NCBI GenBank assembly: GCA_025055635.1
Contig: JANWWQ010000007.1
Coordinates: 1,711-65,710, forward strand
DNA: 64,000 nucleotides
Reading direction: 5' to 3'
DNA from: Flavobacteriales bacterium
Lineage (GTDB): Bacteria; Bacteroidota; Bacteroidia; CAIKAF01
Shown: positions 38,430 to 48,348 of the stretch, in pieces
How positions within the stretch are numbered: the stretch's first letter is position 1
Layout of the letters: each line of letters starts with the position of its first letter
Notes under the pieces: model-generated
The model's input: only the letters and a program-made list of their open reading frames with translations
What the model was told of the DNA's origin: nothing
The model's database searches: none
Position numbers and translations under genes: made by a program

Positions 38430-39377
38430 ATGGACTTAATTCAGGGCACGGGAATAGCTAAAGGCTATTCCGGTCATCAGGCCCTTGATGACGTCCATAT
38501 TCACATAACTTCCGGCAGCATTCACGGGCTCCTGGGCCCCAACGGAGCCGGCAAAACGACCCTCATTCGCATTCTGATGCGTATCCTTTTTCCTGATAAA
38601 GGGAGTATATTATACAGAGGGGAATCCCTGTCCCCCCACCATGTGGATAAAATGGGTTATCTGCCCGAGGAACGCGGCCTGTATAAAAAAATGTCCGTTT
38701 GGGATCAACTCCTTTACTTTGGCCGATTGAGAGGCCTTTCACGGGCTGACGCACGCACCAAAGCCCGACGATGGCTAGAAAAATTAGACTTGGCTCGCTG
38801 GCAGCACCGCAAGACTCAGGACCTCAGTAAGGGCATGCAGCAAAAAGTGCAATTTGCTATAGCCGTATTACACGAACCAGAATTCCTCATCATGGATGAA
38901 CCCTTCAGTGGATTTGACCCCATTAATGCTGCCCTCATCCGTGATGAAATCTTGGCCATGAAAAAAGAAGGACGCACTATAGTACTGAGCACCCACAATA
39001 TGACCAGCGTGGAGGAATTATGCGATGAAATTACCCTTTTGCATCGTTCCAGGGTAGTGTTAGCTGGCCGCATGACCGAAATTAAAAATAGGTACAAGAC
39101 CGGAGAATATCTCATCCGGTTCCGAGGCCACCATATTTCCTTTGCTAGCGCCTTATGGACGTCGGGACAAATCACCGGTAAACTGGAAGATGGGGCCTAC
39201 ACGACCTTGACAGTGAAACCCCTTGAAGCCGGCGGACTAAACAAGGTGCTACAAAATGTGCTACCTGTGGCAGAAATTGTGGAAGTACGCGAACGTCTTC
39301 CCTCCATGAACGATATCTTTCTTCAGGCTGTAGGGGCACACTCTTCTCTTAACACCCAATCATCTCTTTCTGAATAG
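38430..39377 (+). CDS. ABC transporter ATP-binding protein
   Basis: Walker A GPNGAGKTT, signature LSKGMQQK and Walker B IMDEP are present. 315 aa. Confidence 0.85.
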   Translation: MDLIQGTGIAKGYSGHQALDDVHIHITSGSIHGLLGPNGAGKTTLIRILMRILFPDKGSILYRGESLSPHHVDKMGYLPEERGLYKKMSVWDQLLYFGRLRGLSRADARTKARRWLEKLDLARWQHRKTQDLSKGMQQKVQFAIAVLHEPEFLIMDEPFSGFDPINAALIRDEILAMKKEGRTIVLSTHNMTSVEELCDEITLLHRSRVVLAGRMTEIKNRYKTGEYLIRFRGHHISFASALWTSGQITGKLEDGAYTTLTVKPLEAGGLNKVLQNVLPVAEIVEVRERLPSMNDIFLQAVGAHSSLNTQSSLSE

Positions 39378-39387
39378 GGTTTAGAGT

Positions 39388-40728
39388 ATGGTTTCTGCCC
39401 GATTGTTTTTAGTCTTGCAAAGGGAGTTTTTTACCCGTGTCCGTAAGCCCACCTTTCTCATTATGACGCTGCTGGGCCCTTTGCTTATCATTGCTCTCTA
39501 CGGGGGAGTGATTTGGTTGGCTCTTTCGGAGGAGAAGGAAACTCTGATTATTAACATTGTGGACGACTCTGAGGTACAAGCTGGCCATCTGGTGGAGAAG
39601 CTCAATCGCCAAGCTGAGATCCGGTTCGTCCGGGTGGACAGTAATCTAATCGTAGCCACGGACCGACTCGCAGCCGGAGATGCTCCCTATAATGCTCTCC
39701 TTTATCTGCCCCGCGATGTCGTGAATGCCCCCAGTGGTATCACCCTGGGATTTTCCCAAAGACCAGGTATGTCTCTGATTCGGGCCGTGGAATACCTCTG
39801 TCAGAAAGCTGTGGAACATTACCGACTCTTGGCCCATAAGGTTGATCCTCATGTGTATGAAATGGTGCGGGCGCCATTTCATATCAAGCAATACTATATC
39901 CAGGAAGATGGTAGCCGCACGGGGGCCAATGAAGCCCCTTATATCTGGGGCTACGTGGCCAGCCTCATCATGTACGTGTCCGTATTGCTATATGGGGCCC
40001 AGACCATGAGGGGCGTGATGGAAGAGAAGGCCGGCCGCGTGGCGGAGGTGCTCCTGTCTTCGGTGCGTCCTTTTGAGCTGATGATGGGAAAAATCATGGG
40101 TATCGCTCTAGTGGGATTGCTCCAATTTTTCATCTGGATTGTCTTTTCGGCCGTGGGTATTTTTTTGTTGGCATTGTGGCTTCTCCCTGAGGCGGTGCGC
40201 GACCCCGACCAGCTCCAAATACTCCTTGACCAAAGCGCTCAGAGAGCCTTAATAGAAGGCAAAGAAGGGATCGATTCCGCGCAAGTAGCCGAGCTGCTCC
40301 GCTCCGTAAATCTGGGGGTCATGATACCCAGTTTTCTGTTTTACTTCCTTGGGGGTTACTTCTTTTACAGCGCCCTATTTGCGGCCGTAGGTTCCCTGGT
40401 AGACTCAGAGTCTGATGCTCAGCAGTTCGCCCTTCCTGTTACCCTTCCGCTTATTTTTTCAATTGCTGTGGCCATGGCCATTCTCAATAACCCAGACGGC
40501 CGTTTGGCCACCCTTTTTTCCATGATACCTTTCACGTCTCCTGTGGTGATGATGGTGCGTATTCCCTTCGGAGTTTCTGTAGGAGAATTTTTGCTTTCAG
40601 CCTTCATCCTTCTAATATCTTTTTTGGTCTCTGTATGGGTGTCAGCTCGTATTTATCGTGTAGGTATTCTCCTCTATGGAAAAAAACCTCAATGGCGCGA
40701 TGTATTGCGCTATGCGGTTAAGGGGTAA
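39388..40728 (+). CDS. ABC-2 family transporter permease
   Basis: 446 aa with an N-terminal TM, a large extracytoplasmic loop, then a five-TM C-terminal bundle typical of NatB-like ABC-2 permeases. It lies 10 bp downstream of the ATPase. Confidence 0.7.
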   Translation: MVSARLFLVLQREFFTRVRKPTFLIMTLLGPLLIIALYGGVIWLALSEEKETLIINIVDDSEVQAGHLVEKLNRQAEIRFVRVDSNLIVATDRLAAGDAPYNALLYLPRDVVNAPSGITLGFSQRPGMSLIRAVEYLCQKAVEHYRLLAHKVDPHVYEMVRAPFHIKQYYIQEDGSRTGANEAPYIWGYVASLIMYVSVLLYGAQTMRGVMEEKAGRVAEVLLSSVRPFELMMGKIMGIALVGLLQFFIWIVFSAVGIFLLALWLLPEAVRDPDQLQILLDQSAQRALIEGKEGIDSAQVAELLRSVNLGVMIPSFLFYFLGGYFFYSALFAAVGSLVDSESDAQQFALPVTLPLIFSIAVAMAILNNPDGRLATLFSMIPFTSPVVMMVRIPFGVSVGEFLLSAFILLISFLVSVWVSARIYRVGILLYGKKPQWRDVLRYAVKG

Positions 40729-40906
40729 TGGCCTCAAAAGTTGAAAATTAGAATGTACTCTTAGATAAGGTAAGGAACTGATTTCTCAAGCAGTCCTTTA
40801 ACTAAAAGAAATGTGAAAAAGGTTTAGTAAACGCTTACCATCAAAAAGTACTGGAGGCAAAGCATAGAAAATGTTAAAGTACAGTTCAAAGGTTCATGGT
40901 AGCCCG

Positions 40907-42682
40907 CTAATCTAAAAGCCTGGCTACTGAATTGTAGGTCACATAATGATATCGGGGGCCCCAAATATTTAAAAACTGAGCTTTTCCCCATTCTTTCAGG
41001 GCAGGTATGGAAAGAAGGGTCTGCATGAGAGGGAGGACAAATTTTCGTCGCCCCACAGTACTGAGGAATTCTTCCACCTTAGGCACCACATCGAAATAGC
41101 CGGCTTTCAGGGCCATCTGTAGCCACAGGAATACCTCCTCGCTATTGCGGGAATTGGTGATTTGGAGATGCTGGTCCAAAGCGGCCAGCTGTTCAGGAGA
41201 AGGTTGCCGGTGGGCCAGGGTTCGCAAAAATTGCTGACGCATTTGTGAATACCATGAAATCCATTGGGACTGGGAAGGAAAGCGGCCCCTCATAGCGTCT
41301 TGAGCAGCCTTTTCCACCTCCTCAAAAATTTGGGAATGCGGAGCCGTATGGCCTGGCAAACCGGGCTGAAAAATCCACGAATCGGGCATCAAAGTTTGCC
41401 ACTGGTCAACGGTAAGATGCTCCTTAAAAAAGTTTAAGAAATCCTGTGTGGTCACAGAAGCGAAGGCATGGCGTTCAAACCACATTTTAAGGAGTTGATC
41501 GGTGGCTGTCACCCCCAACATCCTTTGCAACTGGCGCAAAAAGAGATAGCCTTTTTCGTAAGCAATATCGCTCACGGCGTCATCGGGGTCATGATCTTCT
41601 AAAGGAAGGTGGAGCGTGGTGAAAGCGGCGCGCCCCTCGGCCATAAGCTGATTGATGGTGTTCTGGAGATCGGAGTAGCCGAGCACCTCTAGCATGTGCA
41701 TATAAGGCTCACCATAGAGTTCCTGCATGATGCGCCGTTCCAGAAACACTGTGAAGCCTTCGTTAAGCCAGAAATCACACCAGGTGGCATTGGTGGTGTA
41801 GTTGCCACTCCAGGAATGAGCCAATTCATGGGCTATGAGGGAAGTGAGGGATTTATCGCCGGTAAGAATAGTAGGAGTGGCAAAAGTGAGGCAGGGGTTT
41901 TCCATACCGCCGAAGGGGAATGCGGGCGGCATAACCAAGATATCATAGCGGTCCCAGGCGTAAGGACCGTAGAGGGCTTCGGCCACCGCTAGCATTTTAG
42001 GCGTTTCAGCAAAATCTTGCAGAGCCAGGGAAAGGACTTCGGGTTCGGCGTAGACACCGGTGCGATGATCCAGAGGGCTAAAGGCAAGACGACCGGCCGC
42101 CAAAGCCATCAAATAGGCCGGTATGGGATGGGGCATCACGAAATGGTAGGTCCCGTCAGGAGAAATATTTTGAGGATTACGAGCGCTCATCAGCACCAGA
42201 TGACCCGGTTTGCCCCTGACAGTGGCCGTGTAAGTAAATCGAATCGAGGGGCTATCCTGAACAGGGATCCAGGAACGGCAGAGAATGGCCTGAGATTGGG
42301 TATAAAGAAAAGGCTCCTGGCCTCCGGCCGTTTGCGCAGGAGAGAGCCATTGCAAGGCCGGAGCATCGGGTGAAGTTTCGTACCATATTGTGGCTATTTT
42401 ATTGTGCGGTTGTATCCGAATTTCAAGGGGTTGACCTAGAATTTCATCCGGCGGACCCATGCTGAAAGGTGCTGATGATTCAGACCCGTCCAGCGTTACT
42501 CGTAAAATGTGCAGTTGACGTGTATCCAGAATAAGCCGACGGATACCTGGAGCAGCGGTAAAGTGGATCATTACCTTCCCCCGTAACACACGCTGCTCAA
42601 AATCAATTGTCAGCTCCAAGTCCGCATGATGCATGCGCGCTTCGGAGGGCCGGGCAAAAGAATGAGGGTCCGAAAAAGTCAT
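40907..42682 (-). CDS. M1 family zinc aminopeptidase (leukotriene A4 hydrolase / cold-active aminopeptidase-like)
   Basis: The GGMEN-like GGMENP exopeptidase motif and HELAHSWSGN...WLNEGF (HEXXH-X18-E) are present. I prefer the start at 42682 (MTFSDPHSF). Confidence 0.8.
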   Translation of the reverse strand: MTFSDPHSFARPSEARMHHADLELTIDFEQRVLRGKVMIHFTAAPGIRRLILDTRQLHILRVTLDGSESSAPFSMGPPDEILGQPLEIRIQPHNKIATIWYETSPDAPALQWLSPAQTAGGQEPFLYTQSQAILCRSWIPVQDSPSIRFTYTATVRGKPGHLVLMSARNPQNISPDGTYHFVMPHPIPAYLMALAAGRLAFSPLDHRTGVYAEPEVLSLALQDFAETPKMLAVAEALYGPYAWDRYDILVMPPAFPFGGMENPCLTFATPTILTGDKSLTSLIAHELAHSWSGNYTTNATWCDFWLNEGFTVFLERRIMQELYGEPYMHMLEVLGYSDLQNTINQLMAEGRAAFTTLHLPLEDHDPDDAVSDIAYEKGYLFLRQLQRMLGVTATDQLLKMWFERHAFASVTTQDFLNFFKEHLTVDQWQTLMPDSWIFQPGLPGHTAPHSQIFEEVEKAAQDAMRGRFPSQSQWISWYSQMRQQFLRTLAHRQPSPEQLAALDQHLQITNSRNSEEVFLWLQMALKAGYFDVVPKVEEFLSTVGRRKFVLPLMQTLLSIPALKEWGKAQFLNIWGPRYHYVTYNSVARLLD

Positions 42683-42741
42683 ATAACTTGGGATATACTG
42701 AATATTAAAGGTGAAATTGAAGCCTAGAAAAAGATTAAGGA

Positions 42742-42966
42742 TCATTCCACTTCCTGAATGACCCCGGAAACCGTCTTGCAGGCGTATCTATAATTATCAA
42801 AAGCCTGGCGGTTATAGTCAGGGGCATCGTTGCAGAGCTTTTCAAAAATTGGCTCACCACTATCGGGACGCACGCACTGCCAACATCTACGTTTGCAACC
42901 TAATACCAGGTACAGCATACTGAGCCCTAGAAAAAGGCTTCGCCGCCTAAAGGAGCGACTTATCAT
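42742..42966 (-). CDS. small Cys-containing putative lipoprotein
   Basis: 74 aa with a signal peptide and lipobox (LYLVLGC) and five Cys. Its start overlaps the fabI stop in an ATGA arrangement. Confidence 0.3.
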   Translation of the reverse strand: MISRSFRRRSLFLGLSMLYLVLGCKRRCWQCVRPDSGEPIFEKLCNDAPDYNRQAFDNYRYACKTVSGVIQEVE

Positions 42967-43775
42967 GAGGCCTCTTTTGGGGAGAGAATAACGGAGGGAT
43001 CCACTCCCATATTGCTAAAGCCGCCATCGTGGAAGAGGTTTTGCATAGTTATATAGCGGGCCATATCGCTGAAAAGAAATACACAGAAATCGGCACAGGC
43101 GTCGGCGGGCGCATTTCCAAGAGGCGACATTTTCTGGGCAAAATCGTAGAAATCGGCAAATCCCTTGACACCGCTGCCCGCGGTAGTCCACGTTGGCGAT
43201 TGAGATACCGTATTCACACGCACCTTCCGAAATTTTCCGTAATGGTACCCGAAGCTACGGGCAATAGATTCTAACAGGGCCTTAGCATCGGCCATGTCCC
43301 CATAATCAGGAAAGACCCGCTGGGCAGCTATGTAGGTAAGAGCCGTAAAGCTACCCCATTCATTGATGCAATCCATCTGGTAAGCGACCTGGAGCATCTT
43401 GTGAAAAGAAATAGCCGACACATCCAATGTTTTGAACAAAAAATCATAGTTAAGGTCCGTGTAGGGCCTGCCTTTGCGCACGTTGAGACTCATACCAATA
43501 GAATGGAGCACAAAATCCAACTTGCCTCCAGCAATCTCTTGTGCCTTTTGGTATAAGTTGCGGATGTCCTCTAATAAAGTAGCATCCGCTGGAATGACCT
43601 CCGTGTCACATTGAGCCGCCAGCTCCTTCACCTTGCCCATACGCAGGGCTACCGGAGCGTTGCTAAGCACAATACGAGCACCATGAGCATGGGCTTTTAG
43701 GGCTACTCTCCAGGCAATAGAATTTTCGTCTAGTGCCCCTGTGATAATACCTCTTTTCCCTTCAAGGAGTTTCAT
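42963..43775 (-). CDS. fabI: enoyl-[acyl-carrier-protein] reductase (NADH), FabI type
   Basis: The N-terminus LLEGKRGIITGALDENSIAW and the SDR fold are present. I prefer the start at 43775 (MKLLEGK). Confidence 0.85.
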   Translation of the reverse strand: MKLLEGKRGIITGALDENSIAWRVALKAHAHGARIVLSNAPVALRMGKVKELAAQCDTEVIPADATLLEDIRNLYQKAQEIAGGKLDFVLHSIGMSLNVRKGRPYTDLNYDFLFKTLDVSAISFHKMLQVAYQMDCINEWGSFTALTYIAAQRVFPDYGDMADAKALLESIARSFGYHYGKFRKVRVNTVSQSPTWTTAGSGVKGFADFYDFAQKMSPLGNAPADACADFCVFLFSDMARYITMQNLFHDGGFSNMGVDPSVILSPKEAS

Positions 43776-43876
43776 GACAATAACGGGGATTTTGGCCTCT
43801 AAGGTAAGAGTTTGCCTTACGAGCTGCCAAACAATAAAATACACTCAACATGATTTAAAAATTTATTTTTTCTATT

Positions 43877-43916
43877 TCGGGAAGGTTTATTAGATATCGG
43901 GAAGGTTTATTAGATA
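43877..43916. repeat. perfect 2 x 20-bp tandem direct repeat (TCGGGAAGGTTTATTAGATA)
   Basis: Two identical adjacent copies sit in the fabI / kynA divergent intergenic region. Confidence 0.8.
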
Positions 43917-43996
43917 TAAAAATTCTGCACAGTCTGAACGTAAAGCCTTTTAGTTTTGAGCCATAATTCCTATTCATGTAGAAAAAAATACGGGTT

Positions 43997-44923
43997 ATGG
44001 AAATAATCTCTGAAATTCAAAAAAAGTATTCTTCTCAAGGCCACGACCCCGAGGTGTTTTTGAAAGGGCTCCTGGTGTCTCGTCCCCTCACTTATTGGGA
44101 TTACATTCAGGTGGATACGTTGCTATCTCTTCAGCATCCGCGTACAGATTATCCGGATGAGAAGGTTTTCATTGTGTATCACCAGGTTGTGGAGTTATTC
44201 TTGAACCTCTTGTTGCATGAACTGCAACAACTTTTGGGAACAAATAATCCCTCAGACTCCTGGTGCGAGGATAAGCTAAATCGAATAACCAACTACGCCG
44301 AAATCCTTAATACCACCTTTCAGGTAATGAATGAAGGCTTAGATTACGAACAGTACAACAGCTTTCGTCTGGCGTTAGCTCCGGCAAGCGGCTTCCAATC
44401 AGTCCAATACCGATTGGTGGAGATTATGTGTACCCCACCTGAGCAACTGCTCCATCGTAAATGGCGGGAACCAGGCGAACTTAAGTGGGACGACCCCATG
44501 GAATTTTACGACAAGCTTTATTGGCGTGAAGCGGGTATAAATCCCGCCAATGGCCTTCCAGGAATGATGCTGAAAGCTTTTGATGAACGTTACAAGGAAC
44601 TCCTCATAGAAACCTTCCGTCGTTACAAGGGGCGCACTCTTTACCACTGGGCCTTGGAACGCCAGTCCCAGGGGCGTTTGACAAAAAAGCAGTTGGAGAG
44701 TCTCAGGCGTTTGGATCATGTGTATAATGTGGAGTGGCCTCTCACACATTTGCGGACAGCCGAGCGGTATTTGGCCGTTGGTGGTGTGGTGAAGCAGAGC
44801 ACAGGAGCCAGTCATTGGCGGGAATATCTCCACCCAGCTCATCAGAAAAGAATATTCTTTCCCTTCCTATGGTCAGAAGAGGAGTTGGCTTCTTGGGGTC
44901 AATTGTCTGAAATGACAGGGTAA
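43997..44923 (+). CDS. kynA: tryptophan 2,3-dioxygenase
   Basis: 308 aa. The pattern LTYWDYIQVDTLLSLQHP...IVYHQVVELF matches the bacterial TDO N-terminal helices. Confidence 0.75.
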   Translation: MEIISEIQKKYSSQGHDPEVFLKGLLVSRPLTYWDYIQVDTLLSLQHPRTDYPDEKVFIVYHQVVELFLNLLLHELQQLLGTNNPSDSWCEDKLNRITNYAEILNTTFQVMNEGLDYEQYNSFRLALAPASGFQSVQYRLVEIMCTPPEQLLHRKWREPGELKWDDPMEFYDKLYWREAGINPANGLPGMMLKAFDERYKELLIETFRRYKGRTLYHWALERQSQGRLTKKQLESLRRLDHVYNVEWPLTHLRTAERYLAVGGVVKQSTGASHWREYLHPAHQKRIFFPFLWSEEELASWGQLSEMTG

Positions 44924-45246
44924 CCCCTTGAATTTTTTGAGCATGGGTGGACAAAAAGCATTGCATTGAGCAAAGAAGGCAAATGGAGTTAGAAATGAAA
45001 AGACCGCATAAGAATGATCTTCTTTAGCGGCAAGATAGATGCCACCGCCCAAAATGGTTGAATGAGATGAAGCTTTTGATATGCTCCATTCTGGGAGCTT
45101 CTATATTTAGGAGAGTTATGAAATATTAAGGCCGCTTTACCCGATAGCCGGTCCAACTGAGGCTTTATTCATTCAAAACGAAAGTCTTAAATATAGTGGG
45201 ACGCAAAAAAAGCTGCTTCATACTTTTGGGATGTTAAAGACCCTTT

Positions 45247-46794
45247 ATGGCTATCCTGGGAAGCTTGCTAAAGCAAGCTATTGCCCTGAACGATTCCATG
45301 CGTCGTGTGAGGCCGCGGCCTTCACCGGCACGGCTTCAGGTGCGCACCCTTTTGAAGTTACTCAGTAAGGCTCAGTATACCTCATTTGGCGTGTTTTACG
45401 GTTTTCGGAAGATCCTGATGGCCCCTGACCCCGTTCAGGAATTTCGTAGGCGCGTGCCCATATTTGATTACAATGAAATCTACAATCGTTGGTGGCATCG
45501 TACACTGGAAGGAGAAGAAGATATTTGCTGGCCGGGACGTATCCGTTACTTTGCCCTTAGCAGCGGCACCAGTGAGAGTGCTTCTAAACGGATTCCTATT
45601 ACGCGCGACTTGCTGCGATCCAACACGCGCACAAGCATTAGACAGCTGCTGACATTGGCCGACTATAACCTTCCAGAAGAACTTTTTACGAAGGGGATAC
45701 TTATGTTAGGTGGCAGCACTGACCTGGTCAACAAAGGCCATTATTACGAAGGAGACCTGAGTGGCATAAGTCAGGCAAAAATGCCTGGATGGTTTCATCC
45801 TTATTATAAACCTGGTCGGCTCATAGCCAAAGAACGGGACTGGAATAAAAAAATTGAACAGGTGGTCTTAAAAGCAAAGGACTGGGATATTGGTTTCATT
45901 GTGGGCGTCCCTGCGTGGATTCAAATTACTTTGGAAAAAATCATAGCCCATTACAATTTAAGGCACATTCACGAATTATGGCCTCACCTAAGCGTTTATG
46001 TGCATGGAGGGGTTTCCTTTGAACCCTACCGAAAATCGTTTGAAAAATTATTGGGACGTCCCCTTGAGTACATCGAAACCTACCTGGCCTCAGAGGGTTT
46101 TATTGCCTATCAAAGTAGACGTTTGGCCAAAGGGATGACCCTGGTGTTAGACAACGGCATTTTCTTGGAATTCATACCCTTTAACTCTCGCAACTTTGAC
46201 GACGAGGGACAACTTAAAAGCGGTGCTGAGTCGTTGTGGATTAATGATGTAAAAGAAGGTGAGGAATATGCCTTATTACTGAGTACCAATGCAGGGGCGT
46301 GGCGCTATTTGATTGGCGACACTATTCGGTTTGTAGATCTTGAACGATGTGAAATTGTAATAACAGGTCGAACCAAACACTTTTTAAGCCTATGTGGTGA
46401 ACATCTTAGCGTGGATAACATGAATGCGGCAATTCGGCTCATAGATGAGGAATTTCACCTGAACATCAGAGAATTTACAGTAGCGGGTATTTCAGAAGGT
46501 TCTCTTTTTGCCCATAAATGGTACATAGGCGCCGAAAAAAGGGCAGATGTGGAACGCGTACGACAGGCCCTGGATACCCATCTTTGTCGCCTGAACGACG
46601 ACTATGCTGTGGAACGCCAGCACGCCCTGCGCAACGTCTATGTGGAACTTCTGCCTCCCCACGTGTTTTATTCATGGATGGAAAAGCAGGGCAAAATCGG
46701 TTCACAGAACAAATTCCCTCGCGTTTTGAAAGGCCAGCGACTGGAAGATTGGGAACAATTTGTACAAGCTAAGAAATCCTTAATGGCAACTTGA
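45247..46794 (+). CDS. GH3 family (auxin-responsive GH3-like acyl-adenylate / amido synthetase) protein
   Basis: 515 aa. The adenylation-type Ser/Thr/Gly loop FALSSGTSESASKRIP and the YxxSEG block (ETYLASEGF) are typical of bacterial GH3 proteins. Confidence 0.75.
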   Translation: MAILGSLLKQAIALNDSMRRVRPRPSPARLQVRTLLKLLSKAQYTSFGVFYGFRKILMAPDPVQEFRRRVPIFDYNEIYNRWWHRTLEGEEDICWPGRIRYFALSSGTSESASKRIPITRDLLRSNTRTSIRQLLTLADYNLPEELFTKGILMLGGSTDLVNKGHYYEGDLSGISQAKMPGWFHPYYKPGRLIAKERDWNKKIEQVVLKAKDWDIGFIVGVPAWIQITLEKIIAHYNLRHIHELWPHLSVYVHGGVSFEPYRKSFEKLLGRPLEYIETYLASEGFIAYQSRRLAKGMTLVLDNGIFLEFIPFNSRNFDDEGQLKSGAESLWINDVKEGEEYALLLSTNAGAWRYLIGDTIRFVDLERCEIVITGRTKHFLSLCGEHLSVDNMNAAIRLIDEEFHLNIREFTVAGISEGSLFAHKWYIGAEKRADVERVRQALDTHLCRLNDDYAVERQHALRNVYVELLPPHVFYSWMEKQGKIGSQNKFPRVLKGQRLEDWEQFVQAKKSLMAT

Positions 46795-47426
46795 CAGCAG
46801 CTATTTTCAACGGTATTCTTCTGGGCGTGCTGCTTTCTGTGCTGGTTGGCCCAGTGTTTTTCCTGCTCATCCAGGTGAGTATGAAAGAGGGCTTTCGCTC
46901 TGCTGTGGCCCTAGACATAGGTATCATTTTAAGCGATTTGTTTTGCATTATTATGGCCTATGGGGGTATTTCTTCTCTCTTGCAGGATCCTGAGCATAAG
47001 CGTTACGTGATGTTAGGGGGTGGTATTGCCCTTTTACTAATGGGACTATGGAAGTTGTCGGGGCGTCGCAATAGGGAACTAGAAAAAGAAGAAAAGCTGG
47101 GTAAGACTATTTTGAGGAAAAGAAGCAATCCATTTTATCTCGTAATACAGGGTTTTTTGTTTAATCTTATGAATCCTGCTACCGTGTTTTTCTGGTTGTC
47201 CACCACCAGCGCAGCCATAGGTTTATATGGCCACGAAACCAAAAAAGTTTTTGCCCAGTTTGGAGCCACTTTGGCCACGATTTTTTTTACGGATACTTTG
47301 AAAGCTTACTTTGCCAAATTAGCCGGCCGCCTCATGTCATCGCGTCGGTTGTTTATCTTGAGTAAGTTGATCGGCGCTGGATTTGCAGCGTTTGGAATTA
47401 TTGTGATCATTCGGTCCTTGGAATGA
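46791..47426 (+). CDS. LysE/RhtB family amino-acid exporter
   Basis: 211 aa, 6 TM. The N-terminus ILLGVLLSVLVGPVFFLLIQ is typical of LysE-type translocators. The start overlaps the GH3 stop (ATGA). Confidence 0.75.
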   Translation: MTAAIFNGILLGVLLSVLVGPVFFLLIQVSMKEGFRSAVALDIGIILSDLFCIIMAYGGISSLLQDPEHKRYVMLGGGIALLLMGLWKLSGRRNRELEKEEKLGKTILRKRSNPFYLVIQGFLFNLMNPATVFFWLSTTSAAIGLYGHETKKVFAQFGATLATIFFTDTLKAYFAKLAGRLMSSRRLFILSKLIGAGFAAFGIIVIIRSLE

Positions 47427-48301
47427 AAAACACCGGCTGGAAGGGCAACCTACATGGCCATTGCTACTATTGCGACGGCATGGGCAGCCCTGAAGAGTAC
47501 GTGGAAAGGGCTCTGGAATTGGGGCATGCCTTTATTGGTTTTTCCTCTCATGTCCCCTTGGCTCGGCATAATAGTCCCTGGAATATGGCTGCCGAAAACT
47601 TCTATAAATATCTAAATCATATCCAAGACCTACGCCGACAATACGAGGGGAAGATTGAAATATATTGTGGATTTGAAATGGACGACCCTTACAGCCTTTA
47701 CACTACCTCAGAACTGTGCCAGATCTATGAAGACATGGTAAGCTATACCATTGGCTCGGTACACTATGTGGGAGAATTGCCGGACGGATCACTATGGCAG
47801 GTGGATGGGAGCACCGAGGAATTTTTGAGAGGGGTTGAGGAATTGTGTAATGGTTCTGTGGAAGCAGCTGTGGGTCAATACTTTAACTGTATAAAACACA
47901 TGCTCACTTTCTATCAACCTACTATCTTAGGTCATGTAGATAAAATTCTCATCCATCCGCCGGTGCAGCAGTTACTGAGAATTAAACCCGAATTTTTCAG
48001 AAAAAGATTGGAAGAAATATTTGCTCTTGCCAAGCGGCAAGGAACAGTTGTGGAAATCAATACCCGCGGCCTTTATTCTGGCCGGTATCATGATTATTAT
48101 CCTTCTAGGCAGTTCTGGCCCCTTTTGAAGGTATTAGAAACGCCCGTCGTGGTGCATTCGGATTGCCATGCACCCCAGGAGTTGGATGCGCTTTGTCACA
48201 AGGCCTGGGAGACAGCCTATTACGCAGGCCTGCGCATTATCGCTATTCCCCAGGCATTGGCCAATGGGCCCATGAATGGCTCATCCCTTAGTTGTGGGTA
48301 A
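47423..48301 (+). CDS. PHP-family phosphoesterase (histidinol-phosphatase HisJ-like)
   Basis: An N-terminal metal-binding HGHCYYCDG and downstream His/Asp/Glu ligands are present. 292 aa. The start overlaps the LysE stop. Confidence 0.7.
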   Translation: MKNTGWKGNLHGHCYYCDGMGSPEEYVERALELGHAFIGFSSHVPLARHNSPWNMAAENFYKYLNHIQDLRRQYEGKIEIYCGFEMDDPYSLYTTSELCQIYEDMVSYTIGSVHYVGELPDGSLWQVDGSTEEFLRGVEELCNGSVEAAVGQYFNCIKHMLTFYQPTILGHVDKILIHPPVQQLLRIKPEFFRKRLEEIFALAKRQGTVVEINTRGLYSGRYHDYYPSRQFWPLLKVLETPVVVHSDCHAPQELDALCHKAWETAYYAGLRIIAIPQALANGPMNGSSLSCG

Positions 48302-48348
48302 AATTGTCTCCCAGAAAGGAGTACCTTTTAATTCCAAGACTCTGAACC

